Positions 1 through 10,013 of a DNA stretch of 64,000 bases are shown here, one piece after another (the first letter of the stretch is position 1; the number at the start of each line of letters is the position of its first letter). Made by a program: the position numbers and the translations under genes. Location: contig CAWCLO010000001.1 in NCBI GenBank assembly GCA_963796455.1, forward strand, positions 448,001-512,000. The letters run 5' to 3'. The notes beneath the pieces were generated by a model. It searched no databases. It saw only the letters and a program-made list of their open reading frames with translations, and was not told the origin of the DNA. The DNA is from Candidatus Sulfomarinibacteraceae bacterium. GTDB taxonomy: Bacteria > Acidobacteriota > Thermoanaerobaculia > Thermoanaerobaculales > Sulfomarinibacteraceae.

Positions 1-408
1 TGGACCAGGCAATTATTGAAAGACACCCTTTCATCCATGCTACCACCCTTGTCGAGTCCCAATATCAATTTTGATCAATTGATCACACGATACCGTTGCA
101 GCCGTAGAATGAAGATTCAGCTCGACGTCCCAGCTCTCGATTTCGCAGCCCCAATTGATACATTTCGAGTGGTTACTCTCACAACGTAATGCCTGCGACG
201 CGGAAGTCAACTGCATGGTGGCACCGGACCCTGGCGCGCCAGGTATCCGCACGACAGCCCGCCCCCGATTTCTCCTGACATATTGACGTCCCGTCTTGAG
301 ACAGATGAATCATTGAAGGACGCCCACTGCCCGATTCCCTCTTAATTACTCGCCAATTCTTGGCACCATTCGTGCATTTCCTGGTCTCAGGAATTGAGGA
401 GGGCAGAC

Positions 409-2787
409 ATGCCGAACAACAGTTTCCGCTATTGGATCATCATCGGAATCTTTGTGCTGAGCGTCTGGGTCATCGGAACCGTTCCCGCGTCTGCCCAGGT
501 TTCTCTGGTCAAGGACATCAATCCCGGTGAAGGCCCCTCGAATGGCGTTGGCGTGACCGCCTTTGGTTCGAAGATCCTTTTCAGCGCCGACGACGGGACC
601 TACGGTCAGGAACCATGGGTGAGCGACGGCACAGCAGAGGGCACCTTCATGCTCGCCGACATCGTGATTGCCAATGACCCTCAGGGTTACTGCGGCGACG
701 CTTCGAATCCGGTGAACTTCATCCAGGTGGGAGACGCCGCCTACTTTTCCGCGACGGACTATTGGGATGAGACCAACCCCTCCTATCCATTCTGCAGGAA
801 ATCGGTTTGGACGACTGACGGCACGTCACTCGGCACAGCAGCGACCACCGTCCTTCAACGAGATCCCTCGAACTGGGCCTTCGCATCGATGGGAGGAGCC
901 CTCTATCTGCGCGGTTGGGACCCCGACTACGGCGAAGAGATCTGGAAGATCGACGGTGGCAACCAGTACATGATCAAGGACGTCGAGCCCGGAACACTCG
1001 GGTCCTCGCCCGGTCATTTCAACGTAGTGAGCCTCGACGGGCTCGGAGACCGCCTGTTTTTTTCCGCCACCACTCAGCTGGAGGGATTTCACCCGTGGAT
1101 TAGCGCTGGCCTCCCTGGAAACACCGAACTGCTGAAGGTCATCAACGAAATCTCCGGTAATTCGGGAACGGGGTACTTCGAGGGCTTTCACGGCAAGGCG
1201 TGGTTCGGGGCCGATGAAGGAGTCAACGGCAACGAACTCTGGGTTTCGGACGGCACGACCGCCGGCACCACCCAATTCAAGGATTTGAACACCGGCCCGT
1301 CAAGCAGCAACCCCCAAAACTTCACTGTCGTCGACGACCAGATGTTCTTTCTCGCCACCTTCGAGAGCTATGGTTTCCAGCTCTGGGTCACCGACGGGAC
1401 GATCGAAAACACCCACATGGTCTTCGACCCCACATCCGAACCGACCCCGTCCGATATCCACGAGCCGATCGCGTTGAACGGCAAGCTGTATTTCTCGGCG
1501 TACACCTCCGGGACTGGTCGTGAGTTGTGGGTCAGCGACGGAACCGCCGTCGGGACGTTCATGATCACGGACATCTATCCGGGCGGCAATTCCTCTGACC
1601 CAACCTGGCTCACCGCGGCTGACGGCAAGTTGTTCTTTTCTGCCTACACACCCGGAGCCTATCGTGAGCTGTGGGTGAGCAACGGCACCGCCGAGGGCAC
1701 GATGATGGTGGAGGACCTCTACCCTGGAGGCACCTACCTCGACCAACACTCGTCGTGGCCTAACTACCTCCTGCCCGTGGGCGACACTTTGTTCTTCTTC
1801 GCCACCAACGATACGGTCGGCACCGAGCTGTGGAAACTGCCGCTGACCGACATCGTGACCACCCCGGATACCCCGAGCGGAACCGCAACGGGCCCCATCG
1901 ACACCAGCTTTTCCTACTCCACCGGCGGGTCCATTTCAATCGAGGGCAATGATGTCCAGTATCGGTTCCACTGGGACGACGAGACCTCGAGCGATTGGCT
2001 CACGGTCGGCGCCGTGTCGGCCGACCATTCGTGGAGCGAAGCGGGGACGTACACCGTCACTGCCGAGGGCCGCTCGGCGAGCGAGACCGGGATCGTTTCC
2101 AGGATCTCCGCAGGATTCGATGTGGAGATCACCGATGACGAGGTCATCGACGCAGCGGATGTCATTGGCCCGGCGGAAGGCTGGGAGGGTGTGAGCTATG
2201 AATACACCTTCGGAGCCACATCGTCCAAGGGACATCAGCTGCAGTACTCGATCAACTGGGGTGACGGCGAGATCACCGAATGGGCCGACCTGATTGGCGA
2301 GCCGCCATCCGTCACCGCCTCCCACACCTGGACTGAAGCTGGTTGGAAAGCTGTCGTGTTCACCGTCAAGTGCGCGTCAGACACCGAGGTCGAGACCTAT
2401 TCCGCAATCAACATCAATATCACCGTGGAACCGGCCGAGGAGATCACGTCGGCGGTCGTAACGGGGCCGACTTCCGGGTTTGTTGGGGCCGAGTACACCT
2501 TCACACTCAGCGCGACCACCAACAAAGACCACGATCTCGAGTATCTCATCCATTGGGGCGACGGGACCCCCGAAGCATGGGTCGCCTTCGGATCCGGACT
2601 GACATCGATCGAAATATCACACTCCTGGAGCTTCACGGACAGCTTTCCGGTCGATGCCGAAGTCCGTTGTATCGCCCACCAGATCGGGTCCCTCGAGTCA
2701 GTCGGCGTCACCATCGAGATCTCCGATCCACCACCGGGCTGGATCTTCGCTGACGGATTCGAGTCCGGTAATACAGAAGCCTGGTAG
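409..2787 (+). CDS. Secreted ELWxxDGT-repeat (beta-propeller) protein with C-terminal PKD-like domains
   Basis: Signal peptide; repeated ELWVSDGT/EPWVSDGT motifs; three [FI]xWGD/WDD PKD-like units; C-terminal IFADGFESG; GAGGAGG upstream of ATG 409. Confidence 0.85.
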   Translation: MPNNSFRYWIIIGIFVLSVWVIGTVPASAQVSLVKDINPGEGPSNGVGVTAFGSKILFSADDGTYGQEPWVSDGTAEGTFMLADIVIANDPQGYCGDASNPVNFIQVGDAAYFSATDYWDETNPSYPFCRKSVWTTDGTSLGTAATTVLQRDPSNWAFASMGGALYLRGWDPDYGEEIWKIDGGNQYMIKDVEPGTLGSSPGHFNVVSLDGLGDRLFFSATTQLEGFHPWISAGLPGNTELLKVINEISGNSGTGYFEGFHGKAWFGADEGVNGNELWVSDGTTAGTTQFKDLNTGPSSSNPQNFTVVDDQMFFLATFESYGFQLWVTDGTIENTHMVFDPTSEPTPSDIHEPIALNGKLYFSAYTSGTGRELWVSDGTAVGTFMITDIYPGGNSSDPTWLTAADGKLFFSAYTPGAYRELWVSNGTAEGTMMVEDLYPGGTYLDQHSSWPNYLLPVGDTLFFFATNDTVGTELWKLPLTDIVTTPDTPSGTATGPIDTSFSYSTGGSISIEGNDVQYRFHWDDETSSDWLTVGAVSADHSWSEAGTYTVTAEGRSASETGIVSRISAGFDVEITDDEVIDAADVIGPAEGWEGVSYEYTFGATSSKGHQLQYSINWGDGEITEWADLIGEPPSVTASHTWTEAGWKAVVFTVKCASDTEVETYSAININITVEPAEEITSAVVTGPTSGFVGAEYTFTLSATTNKDHDLEYLIHWGDGTPEAWVAFGSGLTSIEISHSWSFTDSFPVDAEVRCIAHQIGSLESVGVTIEISDPPPGWIFADGFESGNTEAW

Positions 2788-2808
2788 ACCGATCAGAAAG
2801 GAATTCCC

Positions 2809-3003
2809 ATGGAATCGAAACAGATCTACGAACTGGTTCACTCCCCCACCCCAGGCGATCTTTCAGCAGCTGTAGATGACCGCATCGGCGACGGCTGGTG
2901 GCCGGTCGGCAGGCCGTTTGTCCATGGTGAACAATTCATCCAGGCAATGGTTCTCGACCGGTCCTCAGACGACCCCCTAAAGGACACGGAGAGTGATGCC
3001 TGA
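2809..3003 (+). CDS. Small DUF1737-like protein
   Basis: 64 aa with L..AV...I.DGW.P.G.PF...F.QAMV pattern typical of DUF1737; AAGGA RBS. Confidence 0.65.
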   Translation: MESKQIYELVHSPTPGDLSAAVDDRIGDGWWPVGRPFVHGEQFIQAMVLDRSSDDPLKDTESDA

Positions 3004-3105
3004 GCGGCATCACGCGAGCCACCGGACTGACTTGACACTGCTTTCATTGCGCGGAGTCTGTGACGAAGCGAGCGACACCTTGCACATCAGCCTCGATGGA
3101 AACGA

Positions 3106-3137
3106 AAACGGGGCGCCTTCCGGCGCCCCGTTTGTTT
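3106..3137. terminator. Probable bidirectional intrinsic terminator
   Basis: AAACGGGGCGCC-TTCC-GGCGCCCCGTTT hairpin between convergent genes. Confidence 0.75.
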
Positions 3138-4604
3138 CATAGGTATTCTTCGAGGAGTCCCGTGCGGTCGTTGAACTCATCGATCTGACGGTCCCATTCT
3201 TCCCACGCGTGCCAATGGGTGGTCCAGTACTCATCGTCGTACCACTGGGCGTCGAGCTCCTCCACCGTCTTGCCCTGTTGCTCGACCCATGTGAAGTATT
3301 TGAGGTTGTGGATCCGCCGGCGGTCCCAGTACCCGAGTTCCTGCAGGTGGTCCACACCGGCGCCCAGGAGGTGGCGTTCGTGGTCGACTGCAGCCGCTGT
3401 CGGGCTGTAGGCACCGTGAAGGTCCGCTTTCCTCTTCAACCCGGGAACCGTACATTTCGACCGAATCGGTGGCGACGGTGAAGAGCATGTCCCGATCGCT
3501 CATCTCGAAGAACTTGGCTGTCTTGACCGCCGTCAGGAGATTGGCGATGGAAGAGATACCAAGCAGACCAAGGCGATCCACCAGCTCCGAGGCTACACCC
3601 TGCGCCTCGAGGTACGTCCTCCCCTCGGTCTCGTTGAAGAGCCGCAGCAGGTTCATACACGCTTGATCGTCGATCCCGGCAACCACGTCGGTGTTCTTGA
3701 TGTTGTGAATCCACGGGACGTGTTTGTCGCCGATGCCTTCGATCCGGTGCGCTCCGTAGCCGTTGGACAGAAGGGTGGGGCACTGCAGCGCTTCCGCTGC
3801 CACGACTTTAAGACGCGGGTGGACCTCACGAAGGTACTCGGCGCATCCGAGGGTTCCCGCCGACCCCTGGGTGAGGCAGACGCCCGCAAAGCGGGATCCT
3901 TCGTTCCCTTCGGATTCAAAGACCTCCTGCATGGCGCGGCCGGTGCAGACGTAGTGCCAGATCGCGTTGCCGAATTCGGCAAACTGGTTGAGGACGACGA
4001 TTCCATCGCCACGTTCGGCCTCGAGCTCTTTGACCTTGTCGTAGATCTCCTTGACGTTGGACTCCGAACCCGGTGTCGCGAAAATCTCGGAACCGAGCTT
4101 CTCCAACCACTCGAAACGTTCTCTGGACATGCCCTCGGGGAGAACGGCGATCGACGGGCAGGCCAGGAGGGCCGCGTCATAGGCGCCGCCGCGGCAGTAG
4201 TTCCCGGTGGAGGGCCAAAGGGCTTTCTGAGTCGTGGGATCGAAGGCCCCGCGAATCAGTTTTTCCACCAGCGGGCCGAAGGTCGCTCCGACCTTGTGCG
4301 CCCCGGTCGGGAAGAACTTCCCAACCAACATGAAGATCCTCGCATCGACACCGGTCAACTCTCGCGGCAGCTCGACGAAGTTGATACCGCCGAATCCGCC
4401 ACCGGTCTCGATGGGTTCGTTCTTCCAGGTGATTCGGAAGAGATTGCGGGGGTGGAGATCCCACAGACCCACACTCTTCAACTCGGTTCGGATCCCTTCC
4501 GGAACGAGCGATGGATCCGTCATCTGACGATAGGTCGGGATGATGATGTTGCGCTCCCGACAGCGCTGGATTGTGTTTTCGAGGACTTCTTCCGGATTTC
4601 GCAT
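3137..4604 (-). pseudogene. PLP-dependent enzyme (fold type II, cysteine synthase-like), split by a frameshift near 3430-3442
   Basis: PTGAHKVG, STGNY and EGIGDK motifs in ORF 3231..4604; the protein-like C-terminus (HNLKYFTWVEQQGK) continues in another frame, 3137..3439; may be an assembly error. Confidence 0.7.
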
Positions 4605-4700
4605 GTTTCAGGGGTCCCTTCGGGCGGCAGAAAATTGACGGCCGGACTATAGTACACGTCGGCTCACCCGCCAATCGGATGAGCAATATTGGGAGGACCA

Positions 4701-5897
4701 ATGGACCGAGGAAAACAAGCACTCGAAGCAGCCAGAAGTTACGAAGACAGGATTGTCCGATTTCTCCGCGAAATGATCGCGATCCCGGCCGAGAGCTGCC
4801 GCGAAGAAAAGCGTTGCGAACGGGTCAAAAAGGAGTACGAGGATCTCGGGTTCGACGAGGTCTTCTTCGACGGTCTGGGCACTGTGGTGGCTCGTATCGG
4901 CAATGGCGAACGGAAAATTCTCTATGACGGCCACATCGATTGTGTCGGCGTCGGTGATCCGGCATCCTGGGACTTCGATCCCTTCGAAGGCAAACACGAG
5001 GACGGCCACATCTGGGGTCGCGGCGCCGTCGATGAATTGCCGGCCATTGCCGGGATGGCTTACGGCGCGAAAATTCTCGCCGACCGCGGCCTCCCATCGG
5101 GAGTGAGCTTGTATCTCACGGCATCGGTCATGGAAGAGGACTGCGACGGTTATTGCATGCGCCATCTGATCGAGAACGAGGGCATCCGACCTGATCTTGT
5201 TGTTCTCGGTGAACCTACCGATCTCGATATCTACCGGGGCCAACGCGGCCGTCTCGAAGCGACCATCACCACCCGCGGTGTCTCGGCGCACGGCGCTCAC
5301 GCCCATCTCGGCGTCAACGCGCTGTACAAGATGGCGCCCATCATTTCCGATGTGGAAGAACTCAATGGAGGGCTCGCGGAGGACGCTTTTCTCGGCAAAG
5401 GATCGATCATCGTGTCATCGATCGAGTGCACGACGCCGTCGCTCAACGCAGTGCCCGACTCGGCGCGAATCTATATCGACCGGCGCCTGACCATCGGTGA
5501 AACCGAAGAAATCGCCATGGCGGAACTGCGGGCCCTCCCCCACCTCGGAGACGCCGAGGTCGAGTTGCTCGAGTACGACGCCGTGAGCTGGCGCGGCACC
5601 AACGCGAAGCAGCCCAAGTACTACCCGACCTGGGTTCTTGACGAGGATCACGAACTTGTTCAGGGGACGGCAACCGCTACCGAAGAGGTCCTGGGCGAGA
5701 GACCGAAAATCTCGCGCTGGCATTTTTCGACCAACGGCGTTGCGACCATGGGTCTCTATGGCATTCCAACCATCGGCTTTGCCCCCGGGCGCGAAGAGCT
5801 CGCCCACACGACGCAGGAGCGAGTCTCTGTCGATGACCTCGTCAAAGCAACCGCGGTCTATTCTCTGATTCCGGAAAACTTGTCTGCCGCAAAATGA
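4701..5897 (+). CDS. ygeY: YgeY-family M20 metallohydrolase
   Basis: DGHID, GRGAVD, EEDCDG, GQRGR, FSTNG and GFAPG motifs; GGAGG RBS. Confidence 0.8.
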   Translation: MDRGKQALEAARSYEDRIVRFLREMIAIPAESCREEKRCERVKKEYEDLGFDEVFFDGLGTVVARIGNGERKILYDGHIDCVGVGDPASWDFDPFEGKHEDGHIWGRGAVDELPAIAGMAYGAKILADRGLPSGVSLYLTASVMEEDCDGYCMRHLIENEGIRPDLVVLGEPTDLDIYRGQRGRLEATITTRGVSAHGAHAHLGVNALYKMAPIISDVEELNGGLAEDAFLGKGSIIVSSIECTTPSLNAVPDSARIYIDRRLTIGETEEIAMAELRALPHLGDAEVELLEYDAVSWRGTNAKQPKYYPTWVLDEDHELVQGTATATEEVLGERPKISRWHFSTNGVATMGLYGIPTIGFAPGREELAHTTQERVSVDDLVKATAVYSLIPENLSAAK

Positions 5898-6322
5898 AAA
5901 ACCACAGAGACACAGAGTCACAGAGTCGGACACAGAGAGAACCGATCTCTGACGCGGTGAACGAAATCTCGGGATTGATCATCGATGCCGCGTACCAGGT
6001 GCATGCCAATCTAGGCCCCGGCCTTCTGGAGAGTGTCTACGAACGATGTCTCGAATATGAATTGAAATGTCGTGGTCTTAATGTCGAGCGGCAGGTGAAC
6101 GTGCCGCTGATTTACAAAGAACTCGAGTTCGACTGTGGTTTTCGAATCGACTTATTGGTTGAGGGCTGTGTCGTCGTGGAACTCAAAGCAACTGAAGCAA
6201 TCGTCCCGGTTCATACGGCGCAGATTCTCACCTACCTGAAGATAACCGGCCATCGCGTCGGGTTGGTCCTCAATTTCAATCAAGCCACTCTCAAAGAAGG
6301 AATTCACCGAGTGGCTCTATAA
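5894..6322 (+). CDS. GxxExxY family protein (putative PD-(D/E)XK nuclease fold)
   Basis: LGPGLLESVYE, RIDLLVE, VVELKA, AQILTYL and GLVLNF motifs; ATGA overlap with the ygeY stop. Confidence 0.9.
   Translation: MKNHRDTESQSRTQREPISDAVNEISGLIIDAAYQVHANLGPGLLESVYERCLEYELKCRGLNVERQVNVPLIYKELEFDCGFRIDLLVEGCVVVELKATEAIVPVHTAQILTYLKITGHRVGLVLNFNQATLKEGIHRVAL
5900..5937 (+). repeat. Left arm: 4 x CACAGAG array at the start of the GxxExxY gene
   Basis: AACCACAGAG-ACACAGAG-TCACAGAG-TCGGA-CACAGAG; inverted partner at 6326-6363. Confidence 0.9.
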
Positions 6323-6325
6323 AAA

Positions 6326-6363
6326 CTCTGTGCAACCCTCTGTGCCTCTGTGCCTCTGTGGTT
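6326..6363 (-). repeat. Right arm: 4 x CTCTGTG array, inverted complement of 5900-5937
   Basis: CTCTGTG-CAACC-CTCTGTGC-CTCTGTGC-CTCTGTGGTT; 31/38 complementary in the same register. Confidence 0.9.
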
Positions 6364-6391
6364 GCACGCGAGACGCAACAGGAGATTCAAT

Positions 6392-7363
6392 ATGACACTC
6401 AAAGGCAAAGACTTCATTACCACGCAAGACTGGTCGGTCGACGAGCTGACGGAGGCGCTCGAGTTGGCGGCACAGCTCAAGGCCGACCGTGCGGCCGGAA
6501 AACCAACCGATCTGCTGGTGGCCAAGACCCTCTATATGATCTTCTTCGATGCATCGACCCGGACCCGCAATTCCTTCGAAACCGGGATCACCCAACTCGG
6601 GGGCCACGGGATCTATCTGTCGCCCGACAAGATGCAGATCAGTCACGGCGAAAACGCCCAGGACACGGCCAACGTGTTGTCGCGTTACGGTGAGGGCATC
6701 GCGATCCGTCATTGCGCCTTTGGTGAAGGCAACGGCTATATCAACGACGTCGCGCACCACGCCTCGATTCCCGTGATGTCCATGCAATGCGATGTGTATC
6801 ACCCGTGCCAGATCCTCGCCGATCTCCTGACGATCCGCGAGAAGCACGGCACCAATACCAAGGGCCTCAAGCTCGGCGTGGCATGGACCTCCGCGCCCAA
6901 CTACGTGCGGCCGCTTTCGGTGCCGCAGAGCCTCATCCTGCTCATGCCCCGATTCGGAATCGACGTGACCCTGGCCTACCCGCCCGAATTCAAATTGATG
7001 CCGGAGATTGAGGCCCAGGCCCAGGCCAACGCCGAGGCCGGCGGTTCCACCTTCCGGATCTCCCACGATTTCGAGGAGGCCTTCACCGATGCCAACGTCG
7101 TGGTGCCTAAATCATGGGGACCCCTCATGACCACCCAGGACACCGCCGAGGGTCTCTCGCTGATCGAGAAGTACCCGACCTGGCGCTGCGACTCCAGCCA
7201 CATGGCCCTCGGCTCCGACGACCTGATCTATATGCATCCCCTGCCTGCCGACCGCGGCCGTGAGGTCACCGACGAGGTCATCGACGGCCCGCAGTCGGTC
7301 GTCTACGACGAAGCCGAGAACCGCCTCCACGTGCAGAAGGCGCTGATGGCGCTGACGATGTAA
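6392..7363 (+). CDS. YgeW-like (knotted) carbamoyltransferase, ATCase/OTCase family
   Basis: STRTRNSF, HPCQ, PLSVPQS, PKSWGP and MHPLPAD motifs; AGGAG RBS. Confidence 0.85.
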   Translation: MTLKGKDFITTQDWSVDELTEALELAAQLKADRAAGKPTDLLVAKTLYMIFFDASTRTRNSFETGITQLGGHGIYLSPDKMQISHGENAQDTANVLSRYGEGIAIRHCAFGEGNGYINDVAHHASIPVMSMQCDVYHPCQILADLLTIREKHGTNTKGLKLGVAWTSAPNYVRPLSVPQSLILLMPRFGIDVTLAYPPEFKLMPEIEAQAQANAEAGGSTFRISHDFEEAFTDANVVVPKSWGPLMTTQDTAEGLSLIEKYPTWRCDSSHMALGSDDLIYMHPLPADRGREVTDEVIDGPQSVVYDEAENRLHVQKALMALTM

Positions 7364-7377
7364 ACAAGCATCGCTGG

Positions 7378-7617
7378 TCTCAGAGTCCAAGTTGCAACGA
7401 CAGCGACAGTGTCCAGCGACCGCAACGGAGAGCAGCGACCGGGAACAGCGATCAGTGTGCAGCGGTCAGGAGTCCAGTTCTCCGAACCAGTCAGACTGAA
7501 CGCGCGCTCTGATCGCAGTCGCTGAAAACTGTTCGCTGCCCCTGTTCGCTGTCGCTGTTTGCCGTTGCCTGTCGCTGTCCATGAACCCTTTACGAGACCC
7601 TGTCTTGGACACGAGTG
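7378..7617 (+). mobile_element. Internally deleted copy of the CACT-TIR / four-helix-bundle element (arms only)
   Basis: CAGCGA-rich left arm and TCGCTG-rich right arm; ends TGTCTTGGACACGAGTG, then AT and (CCAGCAT)n. Confidence 0.65.
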
Positions 7618-7821
7618 ATCCAGCATCCAGCATCCAGTATCTGCCGATACTCCGATCTCGGCTCGCCTGACATCAATCTTGACCTCCAGCACGAACCGGG
7701 CATACTGAATTCACGCGGACCGGCGGCCATGAGGGCATCCGGTTGCTGCGGGGTGGGCGGGAGCGACCATGACCCTTCCGGGTCGGCGCTCCGCTTGTCC
7801 CGGAAGCAACAGGAGGTGTTC

Positions 7822-9351
7822 ATGGCCATTTCCATCAGCGGCGAAAATCTCAGCATCGAAGACGTCGTCGCGGTTGCTCGAAACCGCGAACCCGTCGAAC
7901 TCTCAACCGACTCGATCGATCGAATCCGCCATTGCAGGGCCTTTCTCGAACGGAGGCTCGAGGCGAAGGAGATCATGTACGGAGTCAACACCGGCATCGG
8001 CGAGTTTTCCGAGGTCGTTCTCTCCGACGATCAGGTCCGCGAATTCCAGCGCTATCTGATCTACAACCATGCTGCTGGGATCGGAGATCCGTGTCCTGAA
8101 GACTGGATCCGCGCGGCGATACTGCTGCGGATCAATGTCCACGCCCACGGCCACTCGGGTTGCCGGCCCGAGATCACCGCCACCCTTGTGGAGATGCTCA
8201 ACAAGGGTGTCACGCCGGTGGTCTGCGAAAAGGGGTCGGTTGGTGCCTGCGGTGACCTCGCGCCGATGAGCCAGATCGCCCTCCTCATGATGGGTGAAGG
8301 CGAGGCGTTTTATGAGGGTTCGAGAATGTCGGGAGGAGCTGCTCTCGAAAAGGCCGGCATCCCGGTCCCCGGGCTCGAGGCCCGCGACGGTCTGGCGGTC
8401 ATCAACGGGTCCAACCTGACCAACGCCATCGGCTGCCTCACGGTCTGGGACAGCGAACGATTCATCAAACAGGCCGAGATCGCCTGCGCCATGAGTCTCG
8501 AGGCATTACGCGCCAACCTGAAGCCCTACGACAGCCGTCTCCATGAATTGCGCGGTTTCCGCGGCGCCGTCGCTTCGGCCGCCAATATCCGTGCGGTGCT
8601 GGATGGCTCCGATCTGTTGAGCGGCAAAGAAAAGGTCAAAGTGCAGGACGCCTATTCGATGCGGTCTTCTCCGCAGGTGATCGGGGCCGCTCGCGACCAG
8701 CTGCGTTGGACTCGCGAACAGCTCGAAATCGAGGCCAACGGCGTTGGCGACAATCCGATATTCCTTCCCGAGGACGACGTGGTTCTGACCGGCGCCAATT
8801 TTCAGGGCACTCCGGTGAGCATGCCCCTCGATACTCTCGGAGGCGCTGTGACCATGGTCTGTGTCCTGTCGGAGCGACGCCTCAACCGGCTGACCAATCC
8901 TGCTTTGAGCGCCGGTCTCCCACCATTCCTCACAGATGGCGCAGGGATGTTTTCGGGAATGATGTTGAGCCAGTACACCGCCGATATGCAGATCGTGGAA
9001 CAGAAGATTCTCTCCAGCCCGGCCTTTATCCAGTCCATTCCGGCGGCGGCCGACCAGGAGGATTTTGTGTCGATGGGGATGAACTCGGCCCTCAAGACCC
9101 GCACGATCCTCGGCAACGCCTACGGGATTCTCGGTATCGAGTTCATGGCGGCCGCACAGGGGCTGGATTTCCGAACCTTCGAACCGGGACGGGGCACCCG
9201 GGCTGCCCACGCGGCAGTGCGGCGAAACGTCGACCACCTGGGCGAGGACCGGCCGCTCTTCCCGGATCACAATGTGATGAAGGATACGGTCGAGCGCCTC
9301 GATATTCTCGCGGCGGTCGAGTCGGAGATCGGAGAGCTGACGGCGTACTGA
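7822..9351 (+). CDS. Aromatic amino acid ammonia-lyase family (HAL-like, MIO enzyme)
   Basis: YGVNTGIG, GSVGACGDLAP, QDAYSMRS, DNP, GANFQG and QEDFVSMG motifs; AGGAGG RBS. Confidence 0.9.
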   Translation: MAISISGENLSIEDVVAVARNREPVELSTDSIDRIRHCRAFLERRLEAKEIMYGVNTGIGEFSEVVLSDDQVREFQRYLIYNHAAGIGDPCPEDWIRAAILLRINVHAHGHSGCRPEITATLVEMLNKGVTPVVCEKGSVGACGDLAPMSQIALLMMGEGEAFYEGSRMSGGAALEKAGIPVPGLEARDGLAVINGSNLTNAIGCLTVWDSERFIKQAEIACAMSLEALRANLKPYDSRLHELRGFRGAVASAANIRAVLDGSDLLSGKEKVKVQDAYSMRSSPQVIGAARDQLRWTREQLEIEANGVGDNPIFLPEDDVVLTGANFQGTPVSMPLDTLGGAVTMVCVLSERRLNRLTNPALSAGLPPFLTDGAGMFSGMMLSQYTADMQIVEQKILSSPAFIQSIPAAADQEDFVSMGMNSALKTRTILGNAYGILGIEFMAAAQGLDFRTFEPGRGTRAAHAAVRRNVDHLGEDRPLFPDHNVMKDTVERLDILAAVESEIGELTAY

Positions 9352-9368
9352 CGAGCCCTCCTCGCAGA

Positions 9369-9541
9369 GGAGAAAGGGAGAGGGGGAGAAAGGGAGAAAG
9401 GGAGACGGCCCCGTCTCTTGATGCTCGATGCTCGATTCTGGATGCTGGATGCTGGAATCCTTTCCCAGATCGCAGAGGGGCATGGGGGCGGAGGATCGGA
9501 GGCGGCGCTCGCTATCGCTATCGGAATCGCTATCGCTATCG
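9369..9541 (+). repeat. Composite short tandem arrays: (GGGAGAAA)n, (GATGCT[C/G])n, (GCTATC)n
   Basis: Directly visible; the part from about 9409 onward is homologous to the flanks of the element at 62891-63755. Confidence 0.75.
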
Positions 9542-9650
9542 ATGGGCAACGGTTGATTCATCTTTCTTACCCCAATCGCAATTCGTACGCTTTCCCGAAA
9601 GGGAGAACCACCCATCACGGATGGTCCCTGCACGTGAATGTCGCCTCCCC

Positions 9651-9770
9651 ATGTCATCCTGAGCGGAGCCCCACAGGGGCGTAGTCGAAGGATCTATGAG
9701 ACGGACCGCAACGCCCGTGAGCCGCAGATCCTTCGACTCCGCGCTCGAAGCGCTGCGCTCAGGATGACAT
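9651..9770. repeat. REP-like palindrome pair (GTCATCCTGAG...AGATCCTTCG type)
   Basis: 15-bp perfect IR ATGTCATCCTGAGCG/CGCTCAGGATGACAT; inner 13-bp IR AGTCGAAGGATCT/AGATCCTTCGACT. Confidence 0.85.
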
Positions 9771-9850
9771 ATTGAAAAGGCCCACTGATAAAGTTCCGGA
9801 TGAGACGAAAGGAAGATCAACGAGGGTCGATAAACGTGATAAGGGCCGGG

Positions 9851-9970
9851 GCTCCTCTGCTCCTCTGCTCCTCTGCTCCTCTGCTCCTCTGCTCCTCTGC
9901 TCCTCTGCTCCTCTGCTCCTCTGCTCCTCTGCTCCTCTGCTCCTCTGCTCCTGCTCCTCTGCTCCTCTGC
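9851..9970 (+). repeat. (GCTCCTCT)n octamer tandem repeat, 14 full units plus one 6-nt unit
   Basis: Counted directly in the sequence. Confidence 0.95.
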
Positions 9971-10013
9971 TGCCTTTCAGCACCGGCTCCGGCGGATGCC
10001 TTACAATCCCCCC

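Noticed and set aside
1..252. Minus-strand ORF 40..252 and a possible gene start at 38
   Set aside because: No recognisable motif and truncated by the window edge; cannot be supported.
9851..9970. CRISPR array or repeat-protein ORFs (LLLCSSAP / EEQRSRGA)
   Set aside because: Pure tandem octamer with no spacers and no cas genes; the ORFs are translations of the repeat.
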